NCBI RefSeq assembly: GCF_018977255.1
Contig: NW_024704743.1
Span: 19,408,001-19,472,000, forward strand
Source: Callorhinchus milii
Taxonomy: Eukaryota
DNA length: 64,000 nt
Reading direction: 5' to 3'
The translations under genes were made by a program, and so were the position numbers. Every line of letters begins with the position of its first letter. The stretch's first letter is position 1. The notes beneath the pieces are model-generated. The model worked only from the letters and a program-made list of their open reading frames with translations. It made no database searches and was not told where the DNA came from. Positions 47,826 through 60,800 of the stretch are shown here, one piece after another.

Positions 47826-49119
47826 ATCTGTAATGTTATCAACAATGAGGTACACCTCTGTCCATTGAACATAAAGATTCTGTGTGAAATGCATTACGGT
47901 TATATCAGCCCAGTGGTGTGGGCTCACGGCACTAAATGTCCCCTAATTTTTTACTAATTGTGAATCACACACTGAAATTACAGGAGAGATGATGTGAGAA
48001 ATGAAACAGGAGAGGCCTAACATGGGTTTTAAATTAAAAGATTCCTTTCGCATCAAATATGAATTTCTTGGATGGGCAGAAGCTGGGTCATATGGTAATA
48101 ATTCCGTTTTAAATTGTATACTATGTCTTCTGTTCCGATTTTTGTACATATATAAACAATTTGTAAAGTAATCTGCAGATGTTATCAAACAGTTGTACAG
48201 ACTTCTGTGCATGGGTTTGTTAAACTGCAGAGCGATGATATAAATGATATAATTTTCCTTGTCATAAATGCAGTGCAAAAACGAGCAACAAATGTGGTAA
48301 GTGTAATAGCTGCAATTTGATGAGCAATATGGCTTTAATTAAGCAATTTGTAAGTGCTGATGTCCCTCTAGGTTTTGCTTTGAAGAATTCACTTTGTCTT
48401 TGGCATGAAAACTGGATTAGACAAGGAAATGCGGAATGGTCAAAGGAAACGTAGCAGAATATTCCTTGTAATCTTTGCATTGGTAAAGCATCTTATCATG
48501 TCGTCGAGCCATCTCAAAGCGCTTCACAGGATAAACTGTAAAGTGGTATATTGTGTACTTTGTGGGCGAACACGGCAGCCAATTCTCTCACAGAAATCCA
48601 TATCTTACAAACACAACCTCAAGTTTTTAAACCTGCCTGCATTAACCCTTTATTCTATTTAACATTCTTCTTCTGTACTTCTTTGAGCTGAACAATGCTT
48701 TTGTATTTCTTTAAACTGTAATAACAAAACTTCTTTGTATTTCTTTATCATTAACAACAAGATTTCTTTCTATTTCTATCTTTATTTACCGAAAGCAAAT
48801 CATAATTTTCTCCTTCTCCTCCTCGCATTTGAAACCTTCCTATAGGGAGTAGGATAGCGGCGCTCAGGGCAAGCTGGAGTGTATAATTCCCCCATCCCCA
48901 CACTTCCCACTACTGCAAGAGGTGAGATGGTGGCACCCAGGGCTAGCTGTTTTGGTACGCACTATCAATCTTTCCGCTTTTTCCATGTTTGTAGTAGAAG
49001 ATAGGAATAGCAGCACTCATGATAAACTGTAGGAAATGCACCATCCCCATTTCTGGGCTTCCCGTCTTCGACCACCTCTGATGCGACCTATCCCTCCTAA
49101 CACTGCCTCCTACTTCACC

Positions 49120-49565
49120 AACAACTTGCATTTAACAGCGCCTGTCATCCAGGGTAGTGTCCCAGAACAGCTGACAGGGGCTGATCACGATGCCGAGCCG
49201 GGGGGAGGTAATCGTATTCACGGTTAAAGAGGAAGGTCTTCAGGCGTGACCTGAAGATGGGGAAGGATGGGCAAGGCGGAGGGATTGAGGGAGAGAGATC
49301 CAGTATTTTGGGGAGTAGTGGCTGAAAACGTGGGCACCGATGGTGGAACAGAGGGCACAAGGGTCAAGCAGGAGGCCAGAGCCAGTCAAGCATAGACAAC
49401 AGGTAGTTGGTTGGGGAGGAAGCAGGTCAGAGAGGTAGGGAGGTGCCAGGGCATTAAGGGATTTGAAGACAAGTGTGAGGATCTTGAAATCGATCCATTC
49501 GGCGATAGGGAGCCAGTGGAACCTGGCTAGAACTGGTGTGACAGGGGTATGGAGTTTAGTGCAGC
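49120..49565 (-). mobile_element. L2 3' fragment
   Basis: Reverse FRSRLKTFLF and LHWLPI-type segments, plus tail. Confidence 0.7.
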
Positions 49566-50659
49566 CATTCCTCCTCCCCGACGGACCTGTCCTACCTGAG
49601 TGTTGCTCCAGGATCTGGGATGCGCAAGCACAACTCCAAGGACCTTGCCAGTAAGCCCGGCCTCAGCGCTTCTCTCTCTCTGTCTTTCTCTCTCTCTCTG
49701 TCCTTCTCTCTCTCTTTGCACCCTTGCCTATTCTCTCTTTACATTTCGCAACTGGTGTGCTTTTCTCCAGCAGTGCACCCTTCAATATCCATTCGTGCAG
49801 GCGCATTTGCGAGATGCTGGCACATGCATGTTTACACAGTTTATACAGTGTGATGTACCAGCCTGACACACCAGTGTCTTACTAGGGGAGCGCTGCCTTC
49901 CCGAGTTGCCGTCCTTCAGATGAGGTGTTGAACTGTCTGTCCACCTGTTTGGATTAAAGGTTCTCCGCACCATATTGAAAAGAGAAGGAAGTTTCCCCTT
50001 GTGTTCTGGCCAAGAATCCTCCATGTAAATTGATCCTGACTGTTCCTGGCACTTACTGGAAATTCTGATGATGTGAAAATTATCACCAGTCATGCATTTT
50101 ATGGTAAAGGAGCTTGTTGAATCCATTGTGTTTGTGCTGGTGCTAGCCTTTCCAATTTAGCCCGATATTGTACGCTATGGCTTTGCCCAACTCTTTTCCC
50201 ATACCTTTTAATATTATTTTCCCTCCAGTATTCATCAAACTACCTTTTAAATGTTGTTGCACACTTGGTCTCGGGAGACATTTCTGGGAAAGAATTCCAT
50301 ATACTGACAATTCCTTGGTGTTAAAAACAAGACCTAGCTTCTCCTTCCTTGCGATAACCTTCAATTTTTAATTTTGTTTATTACAAACTTCCCAATATTT
50401 CATATTATTAAAAAGAGAGTAATTCCAAGTCACTATTTTATCTACTGCTGTATGGTTGGGACACTGAAGCAACACTGATTTATGCCATGTTACTCATTCC
50501 TACCGTTTTCTGGTTAATAGATGGTTGCCGGATGATTTAGTACGTGATGAGTGGGGATTTAATATGCAGCAGTTCAGAACAGGAGTCGCAAATAGGGACT
50601 CATTATGGAAAGTGAAACTGAGTCACACCAAACCTGCGCAAACACTTCTCTGACCTGAT

Positions 50660-51080
50660 CAACAACAACAACAGCGACAACAACTTGAACCTATATTGCG
50701 CCCTCCATGCAGAGTAGCGTTTCAGAGCACTTAACAGTGATGTAGCCTGACTCCAAGCCGGAGGTGGGTGGGTGCAGGTGGCCGTAAGCACGGTCGAAGA
50801 GGAAGGTTTTCAGGCTGGACTTGAAAAAGAGAAGAGAGGGGGCAAGGCAGCGGGATTGAGAGAGAGTGTTCCAGAGTTTCAGGGTGTAGTAGCTGAAAGC
50901 GTGACCTCTGATGGTGGAGTGGAGGGAGTGAGGGATGAGCATGAGGCCGGTCAGTACCAGTTGAACGGAGGCGCCGGGTGGTGGATTGGGGAGTGAGGAG
51001 TTCGGAGAGGTAGGGAGGTGCCAGGGAGTGAAGGGATTTGAACACAAGTGTGAGGAGCTTGAAAGTCGATCCGTTCGGTG
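50660..51080 (-). mobile_element. L2 3' fragment
   Basis: (CAA)n tail; FKSLHSLAPPYLSELL, KLWNTL, FKSSLKTFLF. Confidence 0.8.
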
Positions 51081-51915
51081 AGATCTACTGAATGCCCTTC
51101 TTCTGTACTGTGAATTTTTATGGTAAAATAAATTCCATCTCAAGAGCGGAGTTCCTATGGATTGATGTGACATGCTTCCAGTTACCATAAGGCAGGGTCG
51201 GCCAACTTTTTGGCTGCTCCGAACCAGAAGCTGGATTTGGGAAACTTCTGTGGGCCTCAAAAGCAAAGTTATTCAACCTCCCCCCGGCCACCCACTCACC
51301 CCTCCCCAACCTCTTCAACAGGTTTGCCTACAGAATACACAGTTAATGCAAACTGCTGTGCAGAATGTGAGGCCCTGGTGACTGGTCCTGTGACCGGGCA
51401 GAGCCACCCTGCCATAAGGAGTTGCAGGATTTTAAGGACTCTGCCTGTTACATTAAGTCTCGATGAGCACGGGCAAAATGAATTCCCAAGAAGTAGCAAT
51501 CAGGATATATCTTACAGTTCCAATACACATCTTTATCACTGCCTTATCTCCCTTTCACTGGTCGGAAGAGCTCAAGCACAAAATACATTTTAAGATAATG
51601 CCAGTAAAGCAGGAAATTGAAAAAAATGATAACAAAATTGCTGTTTAATTATTCTTGGGATAATAAACATAAAAATGCTTGCCTTCGTATAATTGATGCT
51701 GGTTCTGAATGAATCTTTAAAAGTAATTACAAAAGAGGTAAATTAAATGTTAAGCAGTTTGCACTCATACCACAAAACTCCTCATCCAATTTACATTATC
51801 ATTGCCAGAATTTCTTGTAAACATCTTGCCCTATGGTAGAATTGAAGTTCACATTCTGACTGAATATAAATATAGAGACTTTAAGACTTTATGCAAAACT
51901 GCGATAATAGTTGAT

Positions 51916-52110
51916 GGAGATAAACCATACGTAATCAAAATAATGTTATCTGGGCTTTGCAGACGATGAAATAAAACACGGTAGCGCCTGGGTTTTGTAG
52001 AGAAAATGAAAGACGTTAAAAGGAGATAAACCACAGTTAATCAAAATAATGCTATCTGGGCAATGCAGACTATGAAATAAATGCCTGTAGTGCCTGGGTT
52101 TCTCAGACAA
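51916..52110 (+). repeat. Diverged tandem duplication of about 106 bp
   Basis: ggagataaacca...taatcaaaataatg.tatctgggc..tgcagac.atgaaataaa...gtag.gcctgggttt at 51916 and 52022. Confidence 0.88.
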
Positions 52111-52577
52111 TATAGTATTGCAGGAAAATAGCACCAAATAGAATTAAACCAGAGAAGGTCAATGCAGATTTGTTCAGGGAGTGGTTTGGTTCAGTTAGTT
52201 TTGTTACTGTGTGACCCCGGAAGCATTCTGAATGTAACCAACTGTGCATATCGTTTGAAGTGCACAACAAAAAATGCTTTTATATAATTTGACTCACGCC
52301 ATTTGGTTTGGTCAGCTGAATCTCTGACACGCTTAGAAACCCACCATCATGCTTAACATTCTCTGAATCAAACTATTAGGAATTCCACATATGTATAGTT
52401 TCTGTTTATCTGTTCTCTCTCTAGAAGATGCATCCTAATCTGGGGTACTGCTGGAGCCTAACCAGCTAAAGCCACACATCGTTGCGAAAACCTGGTAAGT
52501 TACTTGCTGCTTGTCCAACAGTGACCATCCACTCTGGTTTTGACTTGGAGAATCGCACTTCCCACTGCCTCGTCCGA

Positions 52578-55435
52578 TCAACAACAACAACAACTTGGAT
52601 TTATGTAGCGCACTCCACGCCAGTCGGCGTCTGATAGCACTTCACAGTAACGGATCCTGGGGCCGAGCCAGGGGGAGTGGGAGGAAGGTGACCAAAGGCG
52701 CAGTGGAAAAGAAAGGTCTTCAGCAGAGACCTGAACATAGGAAGAGAGGGGGCGAGGCAAAGGGAGCAAGGAAGGGAGTTCCAGAGCTTCGGGGCATAGT
52801 GGCTGAAGGCACAGCCGCTGAGGGTGGACCGGAGGACTCGGGGCCCAAGGAGGAGTCCAGACCCGGAGGAACAAAGGCAACGGACACTGTTTTGAGGAGA
52901 GAGGAGGTCAGAGAGGTAGGGTTGTGCAGAGGAGTGGAGGGATTTGACAAGGGTGAGGACCTTGAAGTCGATCCTCTCTGGGACAGGCAGCAAGTGCAGT
53001 CTGGTAAGGACTGGAGTAATCGGGTAGCGGAGTTTGGTGCAGGTGAGAATGTGGGCGGCAGAGCTTTGAATAATCTGGATTTTATGGAAGGTAGTGGAGG
53101 GGAGACCAGCGAGGAGCCCATTAGAATAGTCCAGCCGAGAGGTAACAAAGGCATGGTCCAGGGTTTCAGCGGCTTTCGGAGAGAAGTATTGGCGGAGACG
53201 GGTGATGCGTCGGAGGTGGAAGAAAGCAGTGCTGGTGAGGGACTGGATGTGGGGGAGGAAGGATAATTGGGGGTCGAACCTGACGCCTAGGTTGCGTATG
53301 GGTTCGAAGAGTTTTAGTGGGAGGTCCCAGGTGAGAACCGTGAGATTTTAGACGTTGACAAGAACCAAAGAATATGGCTTCTGTCTTGTCAACATTCAGC
53401 TGAAGGAAATTTGCACTTATCCAGCCCCTGAGGTCTGACAGGCAGGCTGACAGAACATCAGGGGACTGGGGGGTCGCAAAGAGAGGTGGAAAAATAGAGT
53501 TAGGTGTCATCCGCATACATGTGGAAATGTACCCCATGTCTGCGGATAACATCCCCAAGAGGGAGCATGTAGAAAGAGGAGGGGGCCAAGGATGGATCCT
53601 TGGGGTACCCTGCAGGCGACTGGGTGAGAGCGGGAGGAGAAGCCGTTTGTGCAGATGTACTGCTGGCGGTTTGTCAGGTAGGACTCAAACCAGGTAAGTG
53701 CGGTCCCACTGAGGTGGATGACGGAGGAAAGGCGGTGGAGGAGGGTGGCGTGATCGACTGTGTCGAACCCCATGGAGAGGCCCAGGAGGACAAGGAGGCA
53801 GAGGGAGCCCTGGTCACAGATAGAGAGGATGTTGTTTGTGACGTTCACAAGCGCAGTCTCTGTACTGTGGGCAGGGCGGAAACCAGACTGGAGGGGCTTG
53901 AAGAGGGTGTGGGAGGAGAAGTGTGCGCAGATTGATTGGCAACAACGTGTTCTAGGACTTTTGTGAGGAAGGGCAGGTTAGAAATAAGGCGGTAGTAGTT
54001 GGGGTTTGAGGGATCTAGGGAGGGTTTTTTGAGGAGGGGTTGATGACAGCAGTTTTGAGGCGGGCAGGGACTTATCAGGAGGAGCGGGATTGGTTGATGA
54101 TGTCAGCCAGTAGTGGGCAGAGGAGGGGGAGCTGGGTGACCAGCAAGTTGGTGGGGAGGGGGTCGAGGCAGCAGGTGGTGGGTTTCATGGAGGTGATGGT
54201 GGGTGAGAGGGAGGAAGGAGAGATGGGGAGGAAGGAATGTAGAATGGGGGTGGTGGTAGGAGCAGATGATGGGGAGGGTGAGGGGGGCAGAGAGGGAGTG
54301 GTGGTGGGTGACAAGAGGCAGGTGGATGAGGCTGCCTGGCGGATGTTATGTATTTTAGTTGAAAAGAGGTCCATGACCTCCTCGTACTTGGCATTTGATA
54401 TGAAGATTGAGGAGGGGCCCGGAGGAGGTAGTGGATGGAAAAAAGGATTTTAGGGTTGTGTTTAGCCTCCAAAATGATGTTGGAGTAGAAAACCATTTTT
54501 GCTCATGTCAAAGAACGACGGTAGCTGTGGAGATGCTCAAGCCACAGTTGGCAGTGAACTGTCAGGCCAGTTTTCCACCATCTTTGCTCGAGCAACCGGG
54601 TTTGGGTTATTAGGGAGTGGAGATAGCTGTTGTACCAGGGGGTTCGGGTGGGTTTGGAGATGGTCCTGGATTTTAGGGGGATGATGAAATTGAAGGTGGA
54701 CGGCTGCTTCAGGATCTCCCTAGGTGGAAGGCCAGAGGGATAGGATGTTTGATGATGTGAGGGCCTTTGTGAGGGTCTCAAGGCGTAGCCTTTTCCAAGG
54801 GCAGTAGAGGATGGTTGAGGGCTTGGTGGAGGAGAGAGGGTTGTGAGAGGAGAAGGAGATGAGGAAGTGGTCCGAGATGGCCTTGTCCACTATGCTGAGG
54901 TCGGAAATGTCAAGGCTGTGGGTGATAACGAGGTCAAGGGCATGACCACGGTTGTGGGTGGGTGAATTTATATGAAGGGTGAGGTTTAGGGAGGAGGAGG
55001 GCAGTGAAGTCGGCAGAAGTAGTGCAAGGGGAGTTTAGGTGGAGGTCGCCCATTACGAGTAGGCGCTCGGAGCAGAGGGACAGGGAAGAGAGGAGAGTAG
55101 AGATGTCTATGTGGAAGAAGCCAGGGGCCATAGGGGTGCGGTAGACAAGGAGAATTTTCAATGGGAGAGAGGGGTGGAAGAGGGTGAGGTGCTTGAAGGA
55201 GGGGAAGCAGCCAGAGGAGTGGAGGGTAAGACCAAGGGAGGCTTTGGAAATGAAGGCCACCCCGCCACCGCGTTGGTTTGGATGGGGGGTGTGGTGGAAG
55301 GTGTAGTCTGGAGGGGAGACTTCCACTAGGGGGACGGGGTCATTGGGGGGGAGTCAGGTTTCGGTGAGCCTAACAATGTCAAGGTGCTCGTCCAGGATGA
55401 GGTTGTGGATGGTGAGGGCTTTGTTTGAGAGGGAA
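52578..55435 (-). mobile_element. Long L2 LINE copy: APE endonuclease plus RT ORF2, frameshifted pseudogene
   Basis: Minus strand: PPDYTFHHTP..RGGGVAFI, LLVYR, LLVMGD (APE); [43 protein letters not shown] (RT); (TTG)n tail at 52578-52595. Confidence 0.92.
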
Positions 55436-56944
55436 CGATCCTCCAAATCCCATCAAGTTAACATTTAATGTGAAGGATGGTATCTCTGACAATGTGGCAC
55501 TCCCCCAGCACTGCATGGGGTTTCAGCCTAGACTACTATGGAGGAGAGTTATGTGGAGAGACTTCCAAAGTTGGGATTGTTTTTGTTGGAACAGAAAAGT
55601 TTACAGAGAGAACAGAAGAGAGGACACCTAACAGATTTTCAAAATTATGAATGTTTTTTTATGGAGAAAATAGAGAGAGACGATGTTCACTGATCAGTGA
55701 GCTCATCCAATACAACACAAATTTACATTTATGTAGCACCTTTCATAATTGGAGGACTTCCGAAGGTACTTGACACTCCTGGCTTGGCTCCCAAACTGAA
55801 GCTGTAGAGGTAGCGATAAATGCTATGCTATGCGCAATTGCTTGTTACAAACAGTCACCCAAATCTCCAAATTAAGAACATGAGATTATTTAATAGATGC
55901 AACAAGTTCCTGAATGGACTTTTAATAATATACTCTCTGAAAATTCTTCATGGCCATTGGGAAATTGAAATTGGATTACTTCCCCTTCTGTCAACTTTAA
56001 TACGGACACTTGGGAGTTTCGTCCAGGTGAATTTAACCACATTTGTTTTTAATCTGATAATTATCACAACACGCACTTCAGTTTCCACCTTGCTGTGCTG
56101 AAGAATGGCTTCTATTATAGGCATATTATTGTCTGCAGGTTGAAGCTAGGCACATACATATCAAACTGAGTCAAGACCTCCTTCCAGAGGTCCAAACCAG
56201 GAGCAATTTCACGTATCCATTTACACTGGTTTGCCCCCCATATAGACTATGGGTGTAAGAAATCCCATCCTTGGTGTCAGTAATTTGCATTAAGAAAAAT
56301 TAAAATGAATAGGACCCAGTTCTCAGGCAGAAAATTGTGAATATTGCAGCTAGGGATTTGTTGTCAGATCAGAATAGAATACAACACAATTTATATTTAT
56401 ATAATGCCTTTCAATTTGGGGGGAACGTCTCAACAGAGCTTGAGAATGGACCCACGGGCATTGACTCTAATCCCTGGATATCCACAAGATTTATTAAACA
56501 TTTTAGTATTCCAGTCAATTCTTTAGATACTTTTTGACTGTATAAGCATTTCAACTTCAGCAGCCCTAAGCCCTTTTTCTATTACAAAATCTCATGCCTG
56601 TCCTGCTACCTCTAATACCAGTGAATAAATGTGAGCACTGAACATTTTTCACACATAAGCAGCTTGTTTATATAGATGACATACATAATCTGTCGCAGGA
56701 TTTCCTTTCCAATTGGTTTGAATCGTTGCATCAATGCCACTTGTGGGGAACTCTGGAGACAATAATAATATTTAAAAATTGGATAAGCATTTTAAGAGGA
56801 GCAATATAAATGTGTGCGCGGAAAGAGCAGGATTTGGGGATTAGAGTAGTTAGCTGCATTGGAGGTGCTGGCATCAGTTTAGGGTTGAACGACCGAATGT
56901 AATTTCTATGGTTTTGTTATGGATGGATCTGAATGGAACACTTT

Positions 56945-57350
56945 CTCAGCTTGGCTCAAGTGGTAGTATTCTTGCCGCAAGGTCAGAAGGTTGTAGGTTC
57001 AAACCAGATGTCAGCACATAAGATCTTAGACCAGACTGACAGTCCAGTGCAGTACTGAGGGAGTGCTGCATTGTTAGAAATATTACCATTGGAATATGAC
57101 ACCAAAACCAAAGGCCCACTTGCCTGTTCTTGTGGACATTAAAGATCCAGTGAATTTTTTTTCAAAAAGAGATGGGAGATTCACCCAGTCTCCTGGTCAA
57201 AACTCCTCCAGGTTCATAGATCATTCACCTCAAGTTTGTGTCTGGAACTTTATGGTGTAAGATCAACAAATACAATCACTATGCTTGACAGGTGTGTGAA
57301 GTGTTTTGAGACATTTTCACATGGTAAAGGATTATAAAAATGCATTTATT
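56945..57350 (+). mobile_element. Family B SINE, near full length and diverged
   Basis: tcagcttggctcaagtggtag...ggttcaaa head, cagtgcagtactgagggagtgctgcattg, gtggacattaaagatcc core. Confidence 0.72.
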
Positions 57351-58100
57351 TAATTGTGGACACTTTGTATTTGACGCAACACTTACAGATCAGATCTGTT
57401 TGGATAAAATTAAAGCTCCTTTTCTATCTCAACAAGTTGACTTCAGTTGAGTATCCACATCACATAGTGCGACAATTTTCATTACCCACATCAAGGATCT
57501 ATGAGTAAAAAATGCTAACGTATTGCTAATTAGTGTCAAATTAAAGGCAATGCTGTAGACCTACTTTCACCAGGAACTGAATTGAGATTGTCCACACGTA
57601 ATTAATGTAAGTTCCTCACATGAGAGGAGAAATTCTGCTTATCAACTGGCTTTGTGAATTGCACTCAATAACAATGGGATGATTATCCTCAGTGATGATT
57701 AACACACCACAAGTTGCAATTTTCACAATGTCTCACAAAACGTGGGTGGGTGAATAGAAGGGTATGCGAGGAATTAAGGAACGGGTGGTGACTCAGGTGC
57801 ATTGTAAACACTGGCATGTACAAGTTGGGCCAAATGGCCTGTTTTCATGCTGCACAATCTATATGAATCTTTGTGAAAAAAATCCCCCTTGATATATTCT
57901 GGTGAAAGCTAGTGTGACTGTGTTCACTGTGCATAAACACTATAGCTTTCTACCCCTGTATGACTTTGAGGCATTGCCACGTTAGTTACAACATGGCTAA
58001 GGTGGAGGATAAACCTTTGTTTATTCCATACCAACAATGTACATTGAACTGTGGACAGTTTTTGTTCTGTGGAGTTATGATCACTTGGGTTTAGAGAATA

Positions 58101-60800
58101 CAGTCCTCCCATTTATCTCAAACCCGTTTTTTCAATATCCCGCTTATGTTGACCAAAAGAAATTAAGCACCCGGTCACTGCCATACATAGGAACACACTA
58201 AAGCTACCGTGTACATAAATTTTGGGATGCTTAGGTCGTCAAATTTTCAAGTGCCTAACAGAACTACGTGCATTCTGTTAATACCACTTTTGTCGACAGA
58301 TCCTTATCCTCACACACGTGAGTCAGTGCGTGAGTGATCGGGGGAGTGCGGTCCCTGTGTGCGTAGTGGCACCTGAGTGCGTGTGACACATGGGTGGATG
58401 TGGCAAGTGTTAGGCTAGTTAGGCCTATAAAGTAGCTGCTGTGTTGCGAGTGCCATTCAGCCTGCTGTACATGATGGATACCACAACTGGAATCAAATGG
58501 AAACTTAACCTGAAAACGCTGGAGGATAAATATTGTGCAGTCAGAGCAATTGAGAGTGAAGAAAGTCCCAAAAATAAGTCTGCAAAACTTCTCTGTGAAA
58601 CACAACACCCTACATGGATGGTTGAAATCTGCTGAATGTATAAAGGCCGGGTAAGAAGCAGGGACATGTGCGTTGTAGATAAAGAAAAACTACAAAATAT
58701 TAAGATTTGAGGATGCATTAGCAACATGGTTTAATGAAAAACTTCCTGAAAATCCCACCACCACAACTGATCGTGACATGTTCATTGAGAAGGCCAAGAT
58801 TCTGGCCAATCAGCTGGGTGTGGAAAATTTCATTGACAGCAACGGGTGGTATTGTCACTACAAGCTTTCAGTATGATCTTGTGTACAAAATAATTGGCCG
58901 TAAGGGTAAGTCTGCCGACATGTTTCACTTCAAGGAGTGGAAAGCTCGTCACCAGGAAATTCTGCAGGACTACAATTCAGTCTGTATTTACAAAGTGGAC
59001 GAGACTACTTTTTTTTAAGTGAACCCTGGACAAAACGTACTGCATTAAGAGACAACCTTGTACTTGTACTGGGGGTAAACATCCTAAAGACCATGTTTTA
59101 ATTATGCTCCCCACCAACATGACGGAACTGATAAGCTACAGTTTCTTGTAACAGGAAAGTTAAAAACCCACGATGCTTCAAAAATGTAAAACATCTACCA
59201 GGCAATTATAAGGACAACATCAAAGCCTGGATGACTTCTGATATTTTCACCTTATTGGGTCCAAAAGCTGGAACACAAGATGACCATGCTTGGTCGGAAA
59301 ATAGCTTTATTAGTCGACCTTCGGGTCAATGGTTTACAGGCCATTAAGTTGTTTTTTCTTCCTCCAAACACCATGTCTTTAATCCAGCCAATGGATTAAG
59401 GGGTTATTCAAAATCTTAAGGGCCACTATCAAAAACTTTTAGCTGAATAACAACAACAAAATTACATTTGTATAGCGCCTTTCACGTCTGCAGGACGTCC
59501 CAAGGCGCTAGACTGTTAAAGTTTCGGACTCGAGCTGGGGATCAGGATTGGGGAGGGTGGACGGCAGTGGGGAAGCAGAGGAGGGTCTTGAGAGGCATCT
59601 TGAAGGAGGGAAGGGATGGGGCGAGGCAGAGAGATGTGGGATGGAGTTGCAGAGGGTAGGGGCAGAGTGGCAGAGGCCCACCCACCAATGGTGAGGTGGG
59701 GGACGTGAAGCAGGCTGGAGCCGGATGAGTGGAGGGAGCCGTCAGGATGGTAAGGGGTTAGGAGGTCACAGAGGTAGGGGGAAGCAAGACCATGGAGGGC
59801 TTTGAAGGTGAGGACCAGAATCTTAAACTGTATCCTGTGTGATGGAAAACCAGTGGATTTGGTGAGGATGGGGGTGATAGCGTTACTGAGCCTGTTGCGG
59901 GAGAAGGCATGGGCTGCAGAGTTCTGGATGATCTGCAGCCTATGGAGGGAAGAGTTGGGGAGGGCGACAAGCAAGGAGTTTGCATAATCAAGTCTCAATG
60001 TAATGAATGCATGTATGAGGGTTTTGGCGGCCTGTGGTGTGAGACAGTGGTGAAGCCGGGCGATGTTGCGGAGATGGGGAATGGTAGAGCGGGTCATGGC
60101 ATGGATGCGGGGTAGAAAAGATAGTTGAGGATCAAACAAGATGCCAAAGTTCTGGACTGGCTTAGTGAGGTGGAGTGTGCATCCTTGAATGGAGACGCTG
60201 ACAACACCTGAGGTGAGGAGGCACTGACGGGAACAACTCAGGAAAGCCTCAGTCTTGTTGATGTTCAACTGTAAAAAGTTAGCTTTCATCCAGGACTTGA
60301 TGTCTGACAGACATTCTGACAGACAGCAGTGGTCTTGGAGTCAAGGGTGGAGGCAGAGAGATAGAGTTGGGTATCATCTGCATACATGTGGAAGTTACTC
60401 CCATGTCTGTGGATGATGTCACCAAGGGGGAGCACATAGATATTGAAGAGGAGCCCTGAGGAACGCCGCACGAAACAGTGCGGGGGCTAGAGGAGAAATC
60501 ACTTTTGGAGATGAAGTGGAGGGGGTGTGAGAGGTACAATCTGAACCAGTCAAGGACAGAGCCGTGAAGGTTGAGGTGAGAGGAGAGGCAGTGGATGAGG
60601 ATAGAGTGGTCAACTGTGTCAAAGGCAGCAGAGAGGTCAAGGTGGATGAGGAGGCAGAGCTCATAAAATGTTGGCAGCAATTGAAGCCAAGGAAGAGTTT
60701 ATGGAAAATCTAATGATGGCATTACACAATTTTTAAAAACAGTCTGGACATCGGTAAAACAAGAGACAATTCAGAATTGTTTCATGCTTGCTTTTCTGTG
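58101..60800 (+). mobile_element. pogo/Tigger (CENP-B/TIGD-like) DNA transposon fossil, split by an L2 insertion
   Basis: TA|CAGT start. Decayed transposase motifs: KTLEDKY (psq HTH), EKAKILA..SNGW, IYKVDET.FF (first catalytic D), KPRCFK..KAWMTSDIF, RKIALLVD, FLPPNT.SLIQPMD*GVIQNLK. After the L2 it resumes with W.SVKQETIQNCF. Right TIR not identified. Confidence 0.85.
59449..60660 (-). mobile_element. L2 LINE 3' fragment nested in the Tigger transposase
   Basis: ORFs 59516-60289 and 60279-60680: [39 protein letters not shown]; (CAA)n reverse tail at 59449. Confidence 0.92.

Noticed and set aside
59516..60680. Longest ORFs (257 aa, 133 aa) as a host gene or novel RT system
   Set aside because: Frameshifted, 5'-truncated L2 ORF2 with a typical L2 tail.
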